Positions 60,488 to 64,000 of a DNA stretch of 64,000 bases are shown one piece after another. The position numbers were made by a program, and so were the translations under genes. Source of the DNA: a virus. The stretch lies in IMG/VR virus record IMGVR_UViG_3300046782_000129, positions 53,535 through 117,534 of that record. The stretch is one strand, 5' to 3'. Below the pieces are notes generated by a model that was given only the letters and a program-made list of their open reading frames with translations, was not told the origin of the DNA and did no database searches. Positions within the stretch are counted from its first letter, which is position 1, and each line of letters begins with the position of its first letter.

Positions 60488-61549
60488 GTGCCCTTGACCG
60501 AAGGCTTCGCCAGTCGCAAGATGTGTGTTGGCCCGCCGAAGCAGGGTCATCTGGAGAAGCGTCTCAAGAACAAACCAAAGATTCCGAGATACGGATACGA
60601 TCCGAAGCTCCGGGGCGGTGGCGAAATTGTCCCTCCGAAGTCTTCGGCGGCATCGTATGTGGCCGTGTTGAAGTGGACGGAGAGTGAACATCCTCGTGTT
60701 CCTTCAGGATCAGCCACCGGAGGAGAATTCGCGTCGAGTCGAGCCGGGGGAACGGGAAGTACGGGAACCGCGTCGGTGTCAGGCACGGTCCCACGATTAG
60801 GATCAACCAAACCCAAGCCGAGACTGGTCAGAAACATCAGCGAAGCCGTTTCCCGCATTCTCAAGGGTGAAGTGATTGAACTGGCGGATGTCAGTCAGGT
60901 TCACACGGTCTTGGAGAAGCTTGCCGCCATCTCTGAAGACGCCAAGAAGAATGGATCGAAGGCCCCGAACTACGACCTGTGTAACGTCACGGTGGCCCGG
61001 ACGAACATCTTCTGTGGATCCGCTCTCAAGACGAAAGAGTTTCCGAACGGAATTCCCCGCATTGAAATGCCGCAGTTGTCGGGCACACCCGTGCCGGGGT
61101 CTGCCGCCGACAAGCTGCCCAAGAACAAGGATGGCGAAGTCAATGCGTCCCAAGCGTTCGTGGATCATCTGGTGGAGTTGGGCGTCAAGGTCAGCAGCAT
61201 CAAGCAAGTTCCTGCGGCGTCCCTGAAAGCTAGTCAATCTGAGTTGGTCGGACCCAAAGTGGCCGGGATGATGACCAACAAGAGCTATGATCCGTCAGCC
61301 GAACCCATCTTCGTGTCCAAGGATGGGTACGTGCTTGATGGCCACCATCGTTGGGCCGCTGTGGTGGGACGAGATTCAGAAGATGGTAAACTGGGACAAT
61401 CCAAGATGAACGTCCGAGTGATTGATCGACCGATGTCGGAACTGTTGTTCCGGTCGATCTACTGGACGGAAGAATTTGGGATCGCTCCAAAGGCGGCGGG
61501 AGCGAAAAAACTGGACCACTACTACGCCGCTTTGCTGAGATTTGGGTAG
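60488..61549 (+). CDS. Tagged ParB/Srx-like domain protein
   Basis: KWTESEHPRVPSG tag; IPRIEMPQ, LKASQSEL, PIFVSKDGYVLDGHHRWAA. Confidence 0.75.
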   Translation: MPLTEGFASRKMCVGPPKQGHLEKRLKNKPKIPRYGYDPKLRGGGEIVPPKSSAASYVAVLKWTESEHPRVPSGSATGGEFASSRAGGTGSTGTASVSGTVPRLGSTKPKPRLVRNISEAVSRILKGEVIELADVSQVHTVLEKLAAISEDAKKNGSKAPNYDLCNVTVARTNIFCGSALKTKEFPNGIPRIEMPQLSGTPVPGSAADKLPKNKDGEVNASQAFVDHLVELGVKVSSIKQVPAASLKASQSELVGPKVAGMMTNKSYDPSAEPIFVSKDGYVLDGHHRWAAVVGRDSEDGKLGQSKMNVRVIDRPMSELLFRSIYWTEEFGIAPKAAGAKKLDHYYAALLRFG

Positions 61550-61563
61550 GGAGGACAGTCACT

Positions 61564-62235
61564 ATGCCAACGAGAAATGTCACGATTGTGGGAACGATGA
61601 CGTGGGACGAGACCGGAGGAGGCGGGCCGACGCCGCCACTCGGAATCTGGGGACCGACTGATCCTCGTCCGTCGTATCCCATCTACTGGCCGGGATTTCC
61701 CAATTGGGGGGGATGGCCGACACCGACACCGCCCAATCCGAACCCGCCGTACCCGGACGCAGGTCTGCCGTTGTTTCCGTTCCATCCGATTGTGGTGCCT
61801 CCGGGAGGCGCGTGGCCGTCACCGCCTGATCCGAATGCCCCTCGTCCGTCGCACCCCATCATGCTGCCCGGAATGCCGGGGTGGGGCGCGTGGCCGAACG
61901 TGCCGTCACACCCGATCATGCTACCGGGGATGCCCGGTTGGGGACAGTGGCCGAACATTCCGACGCATCCCATCATGTTGCCGGGAATGCCCGGATGGCC
62001 GACAACGCCGCCACCGCAGCCACCGTCGATTGAGCATCCACCGGAGTTCTCACCGATTCCCGGTCAGCAGCCGGGACCATTCGGAAAGTACCAGTGGTAC
62101 TGGTCACCGACCTACGGCTGGGTGATGGGCGTGCCCGTGGATGAAGAGACGTCACCTCCGGAAGGTGAAATCCCACCGGGCGCGTGGAACAAGCCCGGAC
62201 CTTCTCCGCTTCCGGTACCGCCGTCGAAGAAGTAG
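61564..62235 (+). CDS. Pro/Gly/Trp-rich repeat protein
   Basis: GGAGGA RBS; P[ST]HPIMLPGMPGW three times. Confidence 0.65.
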   Translation: MPTRNVTIVGTMTWDETGGGGPTPPLGIWGPTDPRPSYPIYWPGFPNWGGWPTPTPPNPNPPYPDAGLPLFPFHPIVVPPGGAWPSPPDPNAPRPSHPIMLPGMPGWGAWPNVPSHPIMLPGMPGWGQWPNIPTHPIMLPGMPGWPTTPPPQPPSIEHPPEFSPIPGQQPGPFGKYQWYWSPTYGWVMGVPVDEETSPPEGEIPPGAWNKPGPSPLPVPPSKK

Positions 62236-62268
62236 TTGCAGTCAGTTGCACGACGGGGGCGTATACTT

Positions 62269-62865
62269 ATGGCCATGAAGCAGCGTCGAGGACTCGTCAT
62301 CAAGTCTGACGACCAACACCTGATCTTTGGCGAAGTGTACGCCCCCAATCGTCCGGATGCTCAAGGCGAGTACATGACCGCCATGGACATCCAGAAGATG
62401 GCCCACGAGTTCATTCGCAGTGGCAAGATGGGCCAGATCGACATGATGCACGCCAACAAAATTGTGTCGGGGGCGAGTGTCGTGGAGTCCTTCGTGGCCG
62501 ACGAGTCTGACACAAGATTTTTGCCGGGGGCATGGGTCATCGGGGTCCACATCCCGGATCCTAAGCTCTGGTCTGCCATCAAACAGGGTGAAATCAACGG
62601 GTTTAGTATGGAAGCCTTGGTCACTCGGCACGATCAAGAGGTCGAGGTGGAAATCCCTCCCATCGTGACGGGCTTGACAAGCAAGCAAGAAGACCACCAG
62701 CACAAGTTCTTTGTGGCGTATGATGAGAAGGGTCAATTCAAGGGAGGCGTGACGGATACGGTCAATGGACATTTCCATTCGATTGTGGCAGGCACGCATA
62801 CCCAAGACTCGCAGGGTCACCGACACCGCTTTTCTAGCGTGGACAGCGTGAGGATACTAGGCTAA
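62269..62865 (+). CDS. XkdF-like prohead protease with His-rich C-terminal extension
   Basis: IFGEVYAP..DAQGE..IQKMAHEF..IDMMH..VVESF..GAWVIG..LWSAIKQGEINGFS; HQH/HFH/HRH tail. Confidence 0.85.
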   Translation: MAMKQRRGLVIKSDDQHLIFGEVYAPNRPDAQGEYMTAMDIQKMAHEFIRSGKMGQIDMMHANKIVSGASVVESFVADESDTRFLPGAWVIGVHIPDPKLWSAIKQGEINGFSMEALVTRHDQEVEVEIPPIVTGLTSKQEDHQHKFFVAYDEKGQFKGGVTDTVNGHFHSIVAGTHTQDSQGHRHRFSSVDSVRILG

Positions 62866-62869
62866 GCTC

Positions 62870-64000
62870 ATGGCGAAAATGAAGTTGAAGCAGCTACGGG
62901 ATGCCGACGTGCGGTACATTTCGTTGGTAGACCGAGCCGCCACCCGCATCCCTTTCCGAGTGTTGAAACGTGAGAAGGAGAACATGATGGGCATTGATCT
63001 GACGAAGGTGTTCAAGTCGGAGAACGCCGAGAAGCCCTACGTCTCTGCCTTGGTGGTCTTTGCCCAGAAGGACGAGGCGGCGGCATCTCAGGTGACAGAC
63101 GCCATCAGGGCGCACGGATTCAGCGTGAATCGTGTGCAGAAATCTGACAATGGCGAGACATTGGTGTACGCACAAACCGATCAGCCGAAGGACATCACCA
63201 TCGTCCGTCTCAGCGATCAGGTGCTGGTCAACGTCGCCAACCTCCAGACCCCGAGCGGCTGGGTGGGTGAGATGGTGAAGGAGCACGGCTTCTTCCCCGA
63301 TCTGAAGACGGCGACTGCGGCCATGTACGAGCAGGTCGTGGCCGTATCCAAGGCTGAGGATCCACAGGAAGAGGCCAAGGCCGCACTCACCAGCTACGGC
63401 GAGTATCTGAGCCAGATGGTGGTCCTCCCCGTCAATTGCTACAAGTTGGACGATGCCATCACGGAACTCGTGACCAAGGGCAAGAAGAAGCCCGCCGAGG
63501 GTTCGGCAGAGGAAGAAGCCACCGAATCGGCAGAGGAAGAGAAGGTCGAGGACGCGAAGAAGAACGAGACCGAGGAAGAGCGCAAGAAGCGCATCGCGGA
63601 TCATCCTCCCGCCGAGATGGCCCCGGCTGACGAAGACGACGATCAGAAGGGACCGCCCGAGGACGTGATGAAGGGCGAGAAGCCTGCCAAGAAGGTGGAA
63701 GCCAAGCCAGAAGTCGTCAAGAAAGACGATCCCATCCTGACGATGCTCAAGGGCATCGAGACCACGGTCAAGGGGCTGGCCACCAAGCTCGATGAGGTGG
63801 CGACCGAGCAGACGTCCCAGAAGAAAGTGCTTGACGGGGTAGTCCAGAAGACTGACACTTTGGACACCACGTTGAAGGCCACGGTGACCGCTGTTCCACA
63901 GCCTGAAGATCGTCCCGGTCCCGTCCGGATGCGCGTCGAGAAAGATGACGACCCGCGTCGGGGAAATTTCGATACGGCGTTTTTGCGTCGGCGTCGGTAA
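62870..64000 (+). CDS. Scaffold-like head assembly protein
   Basis: ISLVDRAA motif typical of the XkdF companion segment; acidic low-complexity middle; coiled C-terminus; follows protease. Confidence 0.65.
   Translation: MAKMKLKQLRDADVRYISLVDRAATRIPFRVLKREKENMMGIDLTKVFKSENAEKPYVSALVVFAQKDEAAASQVTDAIRAHGFSVNRVQKSDNGETLVYAQTDQPKDITIVRLSDQVLVNVANLQTPSGWVGEMVKEHGFFPDLKTATAAMYEQVVAVSKAEDPQEEAKAALTSYGEYLSQMVVLPVNCYKLDDAITELVTKGKKKPAEGSAEEEATESAEEEKVEDAKKNETEEERKKRIADHPPAEMAPADEDDDQKGPPEDVMKGEKPAKKVEAKPEVVKKDDPILTMLKGIETTVKGLATKLDEVATEQTSQKKVLDGVVQKTDTLDTTLKATVTAVPQPEDRPGPVRMRVEKDDDPRRGNFDTAFLRRRR

Noticed and set aside
1-64000. tRNA, integrase, DGR or retron elements
   Set aside because: No cloverleaf, recombinase or reverse-transcriptase motifs recognised

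Overview
This 64 kb window is part of a large tailed dsDNA phage genome (GC-rich, almost all genes on the + strand, no integrase, tRNA or rRNA seen). In order it carries: the 3' end of the large terminase; a PEP-CTERM surface-protein gene and a possible lysis/carbohydrate-enzyme block; a run of small early-type genes, many behind their own TTGACAAA sigma70 promoter; a collagen-like fibre module; two tagged virion-effector genes; a truncated-PPDK / CsrA-like / two-phosphatase block; a family A DNA polymerase; a Nop-domain (IS110-related, nuclease-less) gene followed by a ~2.1 kb dual-repeat array of 36-nt period; a PBSX-type portal; ~16 kb of MuF-associated multi-domain effector proteins; an XkdF-type prohead protease; and a scaffold-like gene. 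The two standout systems are (1) a TIGR-Tas-like RNA-guided locus (TasA-like protein, about 56-57 units of 9-9-9-9 nt, two intervening accessory ORFs, own promoter and terminator) and (2) a virion effector arsenal in which about 19 copies of a K-[FWY]-D-x(3-4)-PR-x(n)-G-x-[WF] tag separate ADP-ribosyltransferase, kinase, 2H phosphoesterase, GNAT, ParB-like, zincin and HD domains, probably marking prohead-protease processing or packaging sites. A 14-bp palindromic motif (TGCAATCRRTTGCM) is also scattered through genes and promoters. All protein calls are by-eye motif recognition; no database searches were run.
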